Source: a virus (taxonomy: Duplodnaviria > Caudoviricetes). Taken from it: a stretch of 54,758 nucleotides of DNA. The notes under the pieces are model-generated. The model searched no databases, was not told where the DNA came from, and worked only from the letters and a program-made list of their open reading frames with translations. Where the stretch lies: positions 1-54,758 of IMG/VR virus record IMGVR_UViG_3300025771_000034; one strand, 5' to 3'. Both the position numbers and the translations under genes were made by a program. Positions 46,696 through 54,758 of this stretch are shown here, one piece after another (position 1 is the stretch's first letter; the number at the start of each line of letters is the position of its first letter).

Positions 46696-47787
46696 CTATT
46701 GCTCTTTAATTTGATGAATTACTTCATCCCATTCAGATCTACGAACTTCCATTGTTTGGTATTTTTTAATGCCCTCAAGATTTCTTTCTACATCTTCTTT
46801 TCTTGTATTGGGATTTAAAAGTTCTTCAGAGTGTTGCAACCATTCCTCTTGATTTCTTGCTACCCTTCCTACCCCTTGCTGCTCTAAAAGCTCGTACTCT
46901 GGACTCCAGGACGCTATAAAAGGCACACCAGCAGCAGCATATTCCAAACCTTTAATAGAAGACTTTGCATGATTAAATCCAACATCATTTAGTGGAACTA
47001 AGCCAACATCAATTTTTCTAAAAAGACTTGGATACTTACTAATTTTTTCCATAGCCTGTTTTGTTGACTTAACAGCTTTTGGAATTCCTAGTTGGTCCCT
47101 AGCCTCTTTTGCATTTTTAATTGCTCCAGAATGATGAAATGTTAAATGATTTTTTTCTAAGAAATTTCCAAACCACGGAGATAATTGTTCAAGGTCATTA
47201 GATCTCCATGGAGTTGCACCAACCCAACCAAATTGCGGCAGCCATCGTGAGTGGTCTTTTCTTTGCGTCCATCTATCCAAATCTATACCATTACGAACCA
47301 TGTATACGTTTTTATATCCTTTTTCATTCTTATAAAAATCATATAGGAATGGGGTAGAGGTAATAATTGCATCTGCATTTTCAATGATATACATATAATG
47401 CTCACGATTATTACGAGGATTTACTTCTGGGTCTGTCATTTTATGAGCAAGGTTTGATTTTGATAATCCTTCAAACCAGTCATCAATATCCACCGCTATT
47501 TTTTGTCCTAGTTTTTTTGCCTCATTTATTTTGCTAGCAATAGACTCAAGCATAATTAGTTTTAATACAATAACATCCCAACCATGAATAGCCTTGTTGT
47601 CTGGAACCAATAATCCAAATCCATGGTCTTCATTCCATCCAGGGAATCCAATTCCTACATCCCATCCATTTTTTTCAAGCTCTTTCATTGGAAGGTAGCA
47701 TCTGTACCAGGCGCACCCATTTGGTTCTACTGGATTACTGCCTAAAGTAAAGTCATATGTTAAAAAAGATACTGTTGGTTTTGCCAT
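46696..47787 (-). CDS. Glycosyltransferase (GT-B, GT4-like)
   Basis: YR...P, DIDD, NGID, GWVG, DVGLVPL....FN.AKS.IK.LEYAAAGVPFIAS. Confidence 0.85.
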   Translation of the reverse strand: MAKPTVSFLTYDFTLGSNPVEPNGCAWYRCYLPMKELEKNGWDVGIGFPGWNEDHGFGLLVPDNKAIHGWDVIVLKLIMLESIASKINEAKKLGQKIAVDIDDWFEGLSKSNLAHKMTDPEVNPRNNREHYMYIIENADAIITSTPFLYDFYKNEKGYKNVYMVRNGIDLDRWTQRKDHSRWLPQFGWVGATPWRSNDLEQLSPWFGNFLEKNHLTFHHSGAIKNAKEARDQLGIPKAVKSTKQAMEKISKYPSLFRKIDVGLVPLNDVGFNHAKSSIKGLEYAAAGVPFIASWSPEYELLEQQGVGRVARNQEEWLQHSEELLNPNTRKEDVERNLEGIKKYQTMEVRRSEWDEVIHQIKEQ

Positions 47788-47834
47788 AATTTCCTATTCG
47801 TCATAGGTATTCTACTACAAAAAAATAAAAATGT

Positions 47835-50800
47835 CTATATTGGAGATCCCTCAACAATTTCCCATTGAACATCGGTAAATGTATCTACTCCATTAGAGTA
47901 GACCGATATAGAAGAAATATCTTCTGTTACAGAAATAGAAAGACCAACTTGATTATTGTACTCGTTTGATCCATTTATTATGTATTGATTTGGAACAAAA
48001 ATAATTGATGCGTCCTCCCATGTTAAATCTTGTTCTGCTCCGCTTGGCCTAACAAAGTCTTGCCAATTATTAATAAAATTATTTCCTGCATTAGAAATTA
48101 GCTGCCACCATTTTTTAAGGTAAGCTTTTGATTCTTGATTTGGCGGTTGTGAATATTTATATTCACCAATGTTATTGAATACCATACCAGAATATAGCTC
48201 TATTCTTCCAGTTATATTGTCAAATTCTATTGGATCGGGGAAAGCAATATTTATTGCAGTCCATTGACGCGGATAAATAATTGGATTGTTAACTATTTCA
48301 GAATCTTGGAAGAATATAAAGTTATTATATTCTTTTCCAGTTTTATAATCATAAGCAATAAGTTTTGCTCTTTTACCACTTGATTCTGGATTTAAATAAA
48401 GGTCTATGTCTACATTGTCACTTTTAATTTTTGCAACTTTAAATGGAATGTCTGGAAACTCTGTTATTGGGTACCTTGTCCAAAACTGAATTCCGCCAAC
48501 TTTATAATCTGATTGTTTTTCTTTATTAATAGGAACCAATATTCCACGCTCATATTCTGAATTAAAAGGTTTTACAAATATTCCAGAATATTCTGTTAGG
48601 TATAAGTATGGAGAAGTATCCTTGTATATTGTAAATGGATTTTGTTTTTTATAATTAAATAAATAGTTTTCTCTTGTAAAAGGGTAAACATCATTTGAGT
48701 ATTTTGTTCCAACAGGGTACCCAGATGAGTTGTCAAATGCTATTGACGATAATTCCATTCTTCTTAGTAGTAAATTCTTATAAAGTATTCCTCTTACTTT
48801 TATTTCTAGGTGTATTCCTAAATAATAATCTTTAAAGTCTGGTGTTTTTGGCGGTAAAATAACACTATTATCTAATATTTCATACTTAGTGTTTGTATAA
48901 GCAGATCTATCAAACTCTACCACGTTGTTATAAGACACAGCTTCTGTATTTATAAAGTCTGAGTATGGCTTATTTCCAACCTCAGACTTAGTTTGAAAAG
49001 AAAGATAGGCGTTTACAGATGTATCGTATGAAGTACTTGATTCTAATGAAGATGAAGCATCTTTTAGTTCTTGATATCTGGTATATCCAGAAACAAGTAT
49101 GTTAGAAAAGTCTGCATAAGTAAGTCCAGAAAAATGAAGTTGAGAATATGATGAATATAAAAGATCTATTGATGCATAACTTAAATATCCCTTTAAATAT
49201 TCGTTTACTTCAGCTTTTTTAGGTATATCAAAATTAAATTGAATCATATCTAAATCATAATATGTCTCGTTTAATTCATTAGTGACATATTTACCAAAAA
49301 AAGACAGAGGCTGAAAGTCTTCCCAGTATCCTGTCACACCAATATCTAAATCAACTATATAGTCTTTCTCGCTTGGAATCAATGAGTAATTTGCTGTATA
49401 CTCTATAAGTGATCCTGAGACATTTTCTGTTTCAGTTCTCTGTGCTATAAATGATCCAATAAAATATTTCGAGATATCTTTTTCAAAAAAGAATTCATTA
49501 TTAAAGTGAATAGCATAAATTCTTCCACCAAATGACCTATCTAAATATCCACCGATATTTAATGATATATTATTTAATGAAGAAAAGAAGCTTCCAATAA
49601 TTGAATATTTATCTATTTGTAACTTTTTTATATTTATTCCAGCAACAAAATATTCTGCATCTTCTATTTTTTCAATATGTAAGACTGTTTGATCTCCAGC
49701 AGAAGAAATATAAATATATTTTAGCCAATTTAAATCTAGCTCAATAGATATTGCTTCATTTGTTACTTTATTTCTAAAATATAAAAGAGGCTGCAAAATA
49801 ATGGCAGAATCTGGCGATCTAAATACCCCCGATACAGACTCTAAGTTTTGATCAAGTATATTTATATTATCGTAATAGATACTAACATCTGAGTATAAAA
49901 TATTTTCATTTACAAAGAATTCATTTGTTGCATTATACCAATTATCGTTTGTTATGCTTGACCAATCAACAGTTCCATTATTATAAACTTCTGACCACCT
50001 TAAGAATCTTTCTCTTTCATATAGTGGCTTCATTGTTATGTATGTATATTGATCACTGTCTATATCATTAGCAGTTTTATTTTCTGCATACCACTCAAAC
50101 ACATCAAGGAAGCGTGAATTTCTTTTTAGCTGAACTTCTGGTAGCTGATAATTTGGAGTTGTTAAATGAGTAGATGTTGCATCTAAATTATTAGCGAAAC
50201 CACTTCTCCATGGACTAATATCTGGGTATAAAGAATTCGCTGCATAGTTTGCAAATGAATAGTCAAAAACATATGAATTTGTAGAATAAATATCGTTTGA
50301 TAAATTTACCTCTTTAACTCCTTGACCATATACAAACCTTTTTTTTGCCATCTCTATTGGTACTAAATACGGATAAATAGAAACGCAATCAATTTCAAAG
50401 GGCTGAATAAAATCGCTACCATATATTCCTATCCAGTCTTGATTATTGCCTATTTCATCTTCTTGTGTTGCAAAAACAATGTTGCTTATATCAATTGGCA
50501 TTGTTATTACTTGTTCTCCATTGATCAATAAAGTAGCTTCAGACTGAGAGTATTTAAAGTGCAACAACATTGGTCTATACCATTTGCCAACATAATATGA
50601 TTTAAAATATGGTCCTATTCTTAAAGTTATGAATCCTTCTTCAACATAAACTCCGTCACTTGATTTTACCGCACCAATAATTTTAATTGGATTTGCACCA
50701 ACATTTTCCATTCTTACCCATGCCTCAAGGGTATAGTTATTATATTTTCCAGAGTCGTTTAAGAATCCAAGACCTGGCATTATAATTGATGGGTTGTTGT

Positions 50801-51593
50801 CTGGTGCTTCAAATATTTTTGTTGTATGGTTTGAACCAAAAACAAGGGGTATTCCAAAATTCTGAGCATAAATTTTATTGTCTTTAACTAAGTAGTAGCC
50901 ATTTATTTCTGTATCTAGTCCATAAGCATCAACTGTTATTGCATTATATGCAGATCCAGAAGTTATAAGGTTTTCAACTTCATAAGGTAAATCTATTGAA
51001 TTAATTCCAATTGAACTAACAATATATTGTTCTGACCATTGGCCTAAAGATACGCCATTTATTTGTGTAACAAAATCTGAAACATATCCTGAATCAGAAA
51101 ATGTAATTCTAATAAAAAAAGTTAGTTCTTCATTTTCAGGCAAATCAAAGGTATGAAGAATACTGTGCCAACCAACATCAGTATCGAAAGAAAAGCTGCT
51201 GGTGTCCTCTACAGACCCATATGATACGCCAATTTCAAAGGAGTCAATAAAAATAGACTCCTGGTAAACGTGTGCAGAAAAACATCCACTATTTTTAGAT
51301 ATATCAAAGTCGTCTGTACTATTTAATGTAAAGTTGCTTGTTATTTCAGCAACATATGAATTTGACGAATTAAGTGTAAAACGAGAAGATGTACTACCAG
51401 GAATAGGAGTTTCAGAATACTCTCTTGGATCTTGTTGTGCTAAATTAGAAGTTGACCAGTATGTATTGTCTGATAAATTTTGTTGTGCATCTGAAAATAG
51501 TTGTAAAAAAGATATATTATCATCTAGAGGCCATAGAGAAAGGGGGTGCTCAGCAAAAACTCTTTCAGCATATAGATTAGAATTGGTAATCAT
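47835..51593 (-). CDS. Large putative virion structural protein (minor tail; LamG/ConA-like segments)
   Basis: 1252 aa, beta-rich and acidic; EHPLSLWPLD start, YTLEAWVR, LLINGEQV. Confidence 0.6.
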   Translation of the reverse strand: MITNSNLYAERVFAEHPLSLWPLDDNISFLQLFSDAQQNLSDNTYWSTSNLAQQDPREYSETPIPGSTSSRFTLNSSNSYVAEITSNFTLNSTDDFDISKNSGCFSAHVYQESIFIDSFEIGVSYGSVEDTSSFSFDTDVGWHSILHTFDLPENEELTFFIRITFSDSGYVSDFVTQINGVSLGQWSEQYIVSSIGINSIDLPYEVENLITSGSAYNAITVDAYGLDTEINGYYLVKDNKIYAQNFGIPLVFGSNHTTKIFEAPDNNPSIIMPGLGFLNDSGKYNNYTLEAWVRMENVGANPIKIIGAVKSSDGVYVEEGFITLRIGPYFKSYYVGKWYRPMLLHFKYSQSEATLLINGEQVITMPIDISNIVFATQEDEIGNNQDWIGIYGSDFIQPFEIDCVSIYPYLVPIEMAKKRFVYGQGVKEVNLSNDIYSTNSYVFDYSFANYAANSLYPDISPWRSGFANNLDATSTHLTTPNYQLPEVQLKRNSRFLDVFEWYAENKTANDIDSDQYTYITMKPLYERERFLRWSEVYNNGTVDWSSITNDNWYNATNEFFVNENILYSDVSIYYDNINILDQNLESVSGVFRSPDSAIILQPLLYFRNKVTNEAISIELDLNWLKYIYISSAGDQTVLHIEKIEDAEYFVAGINIKKLQIDKYSIIGSFFSSLNNISLNIGGYLDRSFGGRIYAIHFNNEFFFEKDISKYFIGSFIAQRTETENVSGSLIEYTANYSLIPSEKDYIVDLDIGVTGYWEDFQPLSFFGKYVTNELNETYYDLDMIQFNFDIPKKAEVNEYLKGYLSYASIDLLYSSYSQLHFSGLTYADFSNILVSGYTRYQELKDASSSLESSTSYDTSVNAYLSFQTKSEVGNKPYSDFINTEAVSYNNVVEFDRSAYTNTKYEILDNSVILPPKTPDFKDYYLGIHLEIKVRGILYKNLLLRRMELSSIAFDNSSGYPVGTKYSNDVYPFTRENYLFNYKKQNPFTIYKDTSPYLYLTEYSGIFVKPFNSEYERGILVPINKEKQSDYKVGGIQFWTRYPITEFPDIPFKVAKIKSDNVDIDLYLNPESSGKRAKLIAYDYKTGKEYNNFIFFQDSEIVNNPIIYPRQWTAINIAFPDPIEFDNITGRIELYSGMVFNNIGEYKYSQPPNQESKAYLKKWWQLISNAGNNFINNWQDFVRPSGAEQDLTWEDASIIFVPNQYIINGSNEYNNQVGLSISVTEDISSISVYSNGVDTFTDVQWEIVEGSPI

Positions 51594-51625
51594 CCTAATA
51601 CAATTTTATCATGACATGGCAATAT

Positions 51626-52567
51626 TTATAACTCTTTATCAAAATCAAGCCATTTTTGCATAATTTTTTCCTTATTTCTTTTTTCTCTTATATCGCTTAC
51701 TTGCTGGGATGGATCGAATTTACCGTTTTTAATTATATTAATAGATTCAATTAGTTTTTCTTTATAGTCTTCAGCTATTTCATCTATTGTTAACATAGAT
51801 AAAAAGTCAGAGACTATTCCATGACCAAGAGAAGTTTCTGGGAGCGACCCATAATTACTATAAACGCATAGATTTCCTGAAAGCATTGCTTCTGCTTGAA
51901 CAAGACAGCTCGTTTCATCAAAAATTGAAGGATATGCATGTATATGTGACTTAGATAGCTCCTTTAAAAAAGTAACTCTTGGAGTTTTTCCGTAGAATGT
52001 AATTCTTTCATCTTTCATTATTTTATCAAGTGCTGGACTATAATTTTGTTCAGGGTAAAAATCATTATATATGTTTAGCTCAATGTCCTCGTCTAAAGTT
52101 TCAAATACTCTTAAAAGAATTTCTAGCCCTCTTATTGATTGTGATGCATGAATGATTTTTGGCTTCTTTACATTGTCAAACTTTGAAAAATCAAATGTTA
52201 TATCTTCATCAATTGGATATTCAATAACTTCAACCATTTTTGGATCTAATGACATTTCTGACACTATTCTTTTTTTATGAAAATTAGAAATAGCAATAAC
52301 TTTATGAAGTGTTTTTTTAAAATCAGTCATTTGTAAAACATTCATTCCATTATCGTCTACTTGATTTGGTGTTAGATGAAGCCATAAAATATTTTTTTTA
52401 CTATTATCTAAAACATTTTCTAGTATAGTAGGCTTTCCAGGAACAGATATGCATCTATAGTTTTTTAAATTTTTCATTTCTGGCAATACATTTTTATGAA
52501 ACCATTTTAATGCAACTTCTGTTCCTCCTATATAACTATTATTCCAAGCAAAGAAATCTTCTGTCAT
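51626..52567 (-). CDS. Glycosyltransferase (GT-B, GT4-like)
   Basis: GGTE, ILWLH, S.FH, RGLEILL, AYPSIFDETSC...EAM..G. Confidence 0.85.
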   Translation of the reverse strand: MTEDFFAWNNSYIGGTEVALKWFHKNVLPEMKNLKNYRCISVPGKPTILENVLDNSKKNILWLHLTPNQVDDNGMNVLQMTDFKKTLHKVIAISNFHKKRIVSEMSLDPKMVEVIEYPIDEDITFDFSKFDNVKKPKIIHASQSIRGLEILLRVFETLDEDIELNIYNDFYPEQNYSPALDKIMKDERITFYGKTPRVTFLKELSKSHIHAYPSIFDETSCLVQAEAMLSGNLCVYSNYGSLPETSLGHGIVSDFLSMLTIDEIAEDYKEKLIESINIIKNGKFDPSQQVSDIREKRNKEKIMQKWLDFDKEL

Positions 52568-52613
52568 AATGCTCCAATTTTTATTTCTTATAAAAAAAAA
52601 ATTTTTTTATATA

Positions 52614-52925
52614 TTATGGCTGGATATCGGGTTCAATTGCAGGATCAAGTTCAAGAGCTGGGTCAAGTTCAAGCTCAGGATCAAGTTCGGGTGCAGGCTC
52701 AGGCTTAGGAAGTCTTGGCTCACCTGGACCACTAGGTGCAAATGGAGCTTCGATATCTTCTAATGCTTCAATAAATTGAAGAGTCCATTCTTCGGCTTCT
52801 TGTGCACTTGCCCAAGGCTCACCATTTGGCCAATGCGGTTGTCTTAGTCCTGGAACATCAGATCCATTATAAAAAACCTCAACAGTGTATGGTTCCTCTG
52901 GTTGAATTGTATATGTGTTTGTCAT
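52614..52925 (-). CDS. Small acidic protein with C-terminal PELD/PALELD repeats
   Basis: 103 aa, AGGAGG SD, QPHWPNGEPW...EA..W motif. Confidence 0.7.
   Translation of the reverse strand: MTNTYTIQPEEPYTVEVFYNGSDVPGLRQPHWPNGEPWASAQEAEEWTLQFIEALEDIEAPFAPSGPGEPRLPKPEPAPELDPELELDPALELDPAIEPDIQP
52622..52709. repeat. Imperfect 18-nt coding tandem repeat
   Basis: Recurrent ggatcaagttc/ggtcaagttc units encoding PELDPELELDPALELDPAIEPD. Confidence 0.7.
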
Positions 52926-52945
52926 TATTTCCTCCTTTTAATATT

Positions 52946-53605
52946 TTACCATGTAATTGGTATTTTTTTAGTGTGTTTTACTAAAACTTCTGGGTCGAAA
53001 TATATCTTTATACCTAGCTTATATGCATCAATACACCAAGATATATCTTCTCCTAAAACCATTTCTAGCTCTGAGCCATCTTCTTTTTTTAAAGTTTGAG
53101 TATAATGCTTAAACCATGGCCGATTTATTTTTTCAAATACTCCAGATTTCATTGTTATGAAACCAAATCCAGCACTTTGAACAGTCGTTTCTCCCGACAT
53201 TTGCATAATTTCTGATTTAGGAATATGTGTTGCTGTTCCCCAACCATGTACACTTGTAGTAATGCAATCTGCCAATAGATATGCACCAGTTATAACATCA
53301 TGTTCTGATTCGTATAGTCTAAAAAATTGCCAAGGCTCCCATGAGATATCTGAATCAATCCAAAATATTTTATCATAAGATACCCTGTCTTTTAATGGAC
53401 CCTTATCGTTTGGGTCCAATTGTCTAGAATCATATCCTGTCATAGTTAGTTCTCTAGCATTATAAACTAGAGAGGCATATGAATTTAAAAATTTATAGGT
53501 TATTCCTCTATTAGAACATTCTTCTAAAGTATTAACTAGACTTTTTACATAGTCTGCTTCCATCATTGATCCTGGGGTAGCGATTAAAACATTATAATGT
53601 TCCAT
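52946..53605 (-). CDS. Glycosyltransferase (GT-A, GT2-like)
   Basis: IATP, AR, FWIDSDI (DxD), G.GF, GED..WC, H motifs. Confidence 0.8.
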   Translation of the reverse strand: MEHYNVLIATPGSMMEADYVKSLVNTLEECSNRGITYKFLNSYASLVYNARELTMTGYDSRQLDPNDKGPLKDRVSYDKIFWIDSDISWEPWQFFRLYESEHDVITGAYLLADCITTSVHGWGTATHIPKSEIMQMSGETTVQSAGFGFITMKSGVFEKINRPWFKHYTQTLKKEDGSELEMVLGEDISWCIDAYKLGIKIYFDPEVLVKHTKKIPITW

Positions 53606-53656
53606 TTTTTTTCCTTTTTATAGTGTCTATTGCTAACATATATTTTACCACATACT

Positions 53657-54757
53657 TTATTTGCCAATAATAAAGTTCCAGTTGCTACTAGTCGGCAAAG
53701 ACCTGATCGTCCAGGTAGACCCGTCTGTTGATGTTGCTGCATCTGATGTGTCAGTAGATATAGCAATAAACTTATTATCAGTATATGTAATTCCAGTCCA
53801 TGATCCATAAGATGGCATAGTAACGCTAGTCCAAGTAGTACCATCTGTCGAATACGCAGAAGTCCCAGATGTTCCTACAGCAACAAAATTGCCATTTCCA
53901 AATGCTACAGAATTATATGTAATATTTGTTATATCTCCTAAAGCTGGCATAGTTCCTGTTGTCCATGTTGTGCCATCAGTAGACAATAGTAGGCTTCCAT
54001 AATTAGAAGCTCGCTTTCCTACTCCAACCATAATATTTGCAGATGAATCAAAAGCAAACCCATGAATATGATAATAAAGACCACTCACTGGAGTTACACT
54101 ACTCCAGGATGATCCATTAGTAGAATAACGTACTTGGCTACTATTATTATCTTTATTTACAATTACAAATCTATCGTGACCATATCCTACTGAATAAGTG
54201 CCCACTGGTGTAGCCAAATACGTCCAGGTAATGCCGTCAGTTGACAGTGCTCCTTGACTTTGTTGGCTTGAAGCAATAAGGTATTTATCAGATCCGTTAA
54301 AAGCCATGTACTTATCAGAATAAGTGTTTATTAACCTATTATCTACGTCATTACTTATCTGCCAAGATACTCCATCAGTAGAATAAATAACGTTAGCACT
54401 GTTTGGTCCTACAGCAATAAACTTACTAGAGTCGTGCAGTCCATCTGTCCATGTTCCACCTATAATAGAGGTGCCAGAACTCCAAGTAGTGCCGTCTGTT
54501 GTAAATGCTGATGTTGAGCTATCACCTAGAGTAACAGCAGTTACTGGTTCAGCAGGAACTGGTACTGCTGTCTTTGGTGTATAGCTTTGTTTTTTAGATA
54601 TGAGCGTTTTGTTTGCAGCGTCATCAGACAGAGTTATAGAAGTCCAAGTAATACCATCAGTTGATGTAGCTCCAGAGGTAGTGTTATCTGCTGTGGCAAT
54701 AAACTTGTTGTCGTAATAACTGATTCCAGTCCAAATCTGGCTTGATGGAAGAGTTGC
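53657..54757 (-). CDS. Asp-box (BNR) repeat beta-propeller protein, 5'-truncated by window edge; putative fibre/receptor-binding protein
   Basis: Frame is open from the window end to the stop at 53657; repeated STDG(I/T/V/S)TW units and FIAV strands; very Ser/Thr-rich. Confidence 0.75.
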   Translation of the reverse strand, partial: ATLPSSQIWTGISYYDNKFIATADNTTSGATSTDGITWTSITLSDDAANKTLISKKQSYTPKTAVPVPAEPVTAVTLGDSSTSAFTTDGTTWSSGTSIIGGTWTDGLHDSSKFIAVGPNSANVIYSTDGVSWQISNDVDNRLINTYSDKYMAFNGSDKYLIASSQQSQGALSTDGITWTYLATPVGTYSVGYGHDRFVIVNKDNNSSQVRYSTNGSSWSSVTPVSGLYYHIHGFAFDSSANIMVGVGKRASNYGSLLLSTDGTTWTTGTMPALGDITNITYNSVAFGNGNFVAVGTSGTSAYSTDGTTWTSVTMPSYGSWTGITYTDNKFIAISTDTSDAATSTDGSTWTIRSLPTSSNWNFIIGK

Positions 54758-54758
54758 T

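Noticed and set aside
129-53099. Numerous 60-150 aa plus-strand and alternative-frame ORFs in the track
   Set aside because: They overlap well-supported minus-strand genes, and none showed a recognisable family motif.
53657-54757. Diversity-generating retroelement target in the repeat-rich fibre gene
   Set aside because: Repeats are at the protein level; no adenine-specific TR/VR pair and no reverse transcriptase seen in the window.

Overview
The window is an internal segment of a large, AT-rich, densely coding tailed-phage genome, almost entirely on the minus strand. It appears to be a siphovirus: there is a tail tube and a 2714-aa tape measure, and no sheath gene is visible. Gene content and order resemble large actinobacterial siphoviruses (Streptomyces BE/BK-like and freshwater actinophages); this is inferred from recognition, not from a search. 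Reading right to left: an Asp-box beta-propeller protein and three glycosyltransferases around a 1252-aa virion protein; a short plus-strand island (small ORF, AT-rich origin-like element, secreted transglycosylase); class II RNR; portal, protease/scaffold, capsid, head-tail genes, tail tube, frameshifting chaperones, tape measure and tail tip; replication and recombination genes (DnaB, primase, SSB, DnaE, MazG, RecA, two resolvases, Cas4-like nuclease); terminase; a GMP reductase/IMPDH-family enzyme; putative capsid-cargo proteins; and a truncated deaminase. Most notable: (1) the predicted 5' end of the tail-tube mRNA is complementary to a hairpin loop just upstream of the capsid ribosome-binding site 4 kb away, a possible RNA-RNA switch coupling head and tail synthesis; (2) K-[S/A] protease-like sites link scaffold, capsid and a distant multidomain cargo protein; (3) the tape measure carries a motif-bracketed cargo cassette; (4) a genome-wide TGnTAnAAT promoter motif with several apparently leaderless genes; (5) a promoter + G-rich + AT-only origin candidate. 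No tRNA, rRNA, CRISPR array, intein or integrase was seen. All calls come from reading the sequence by eye.
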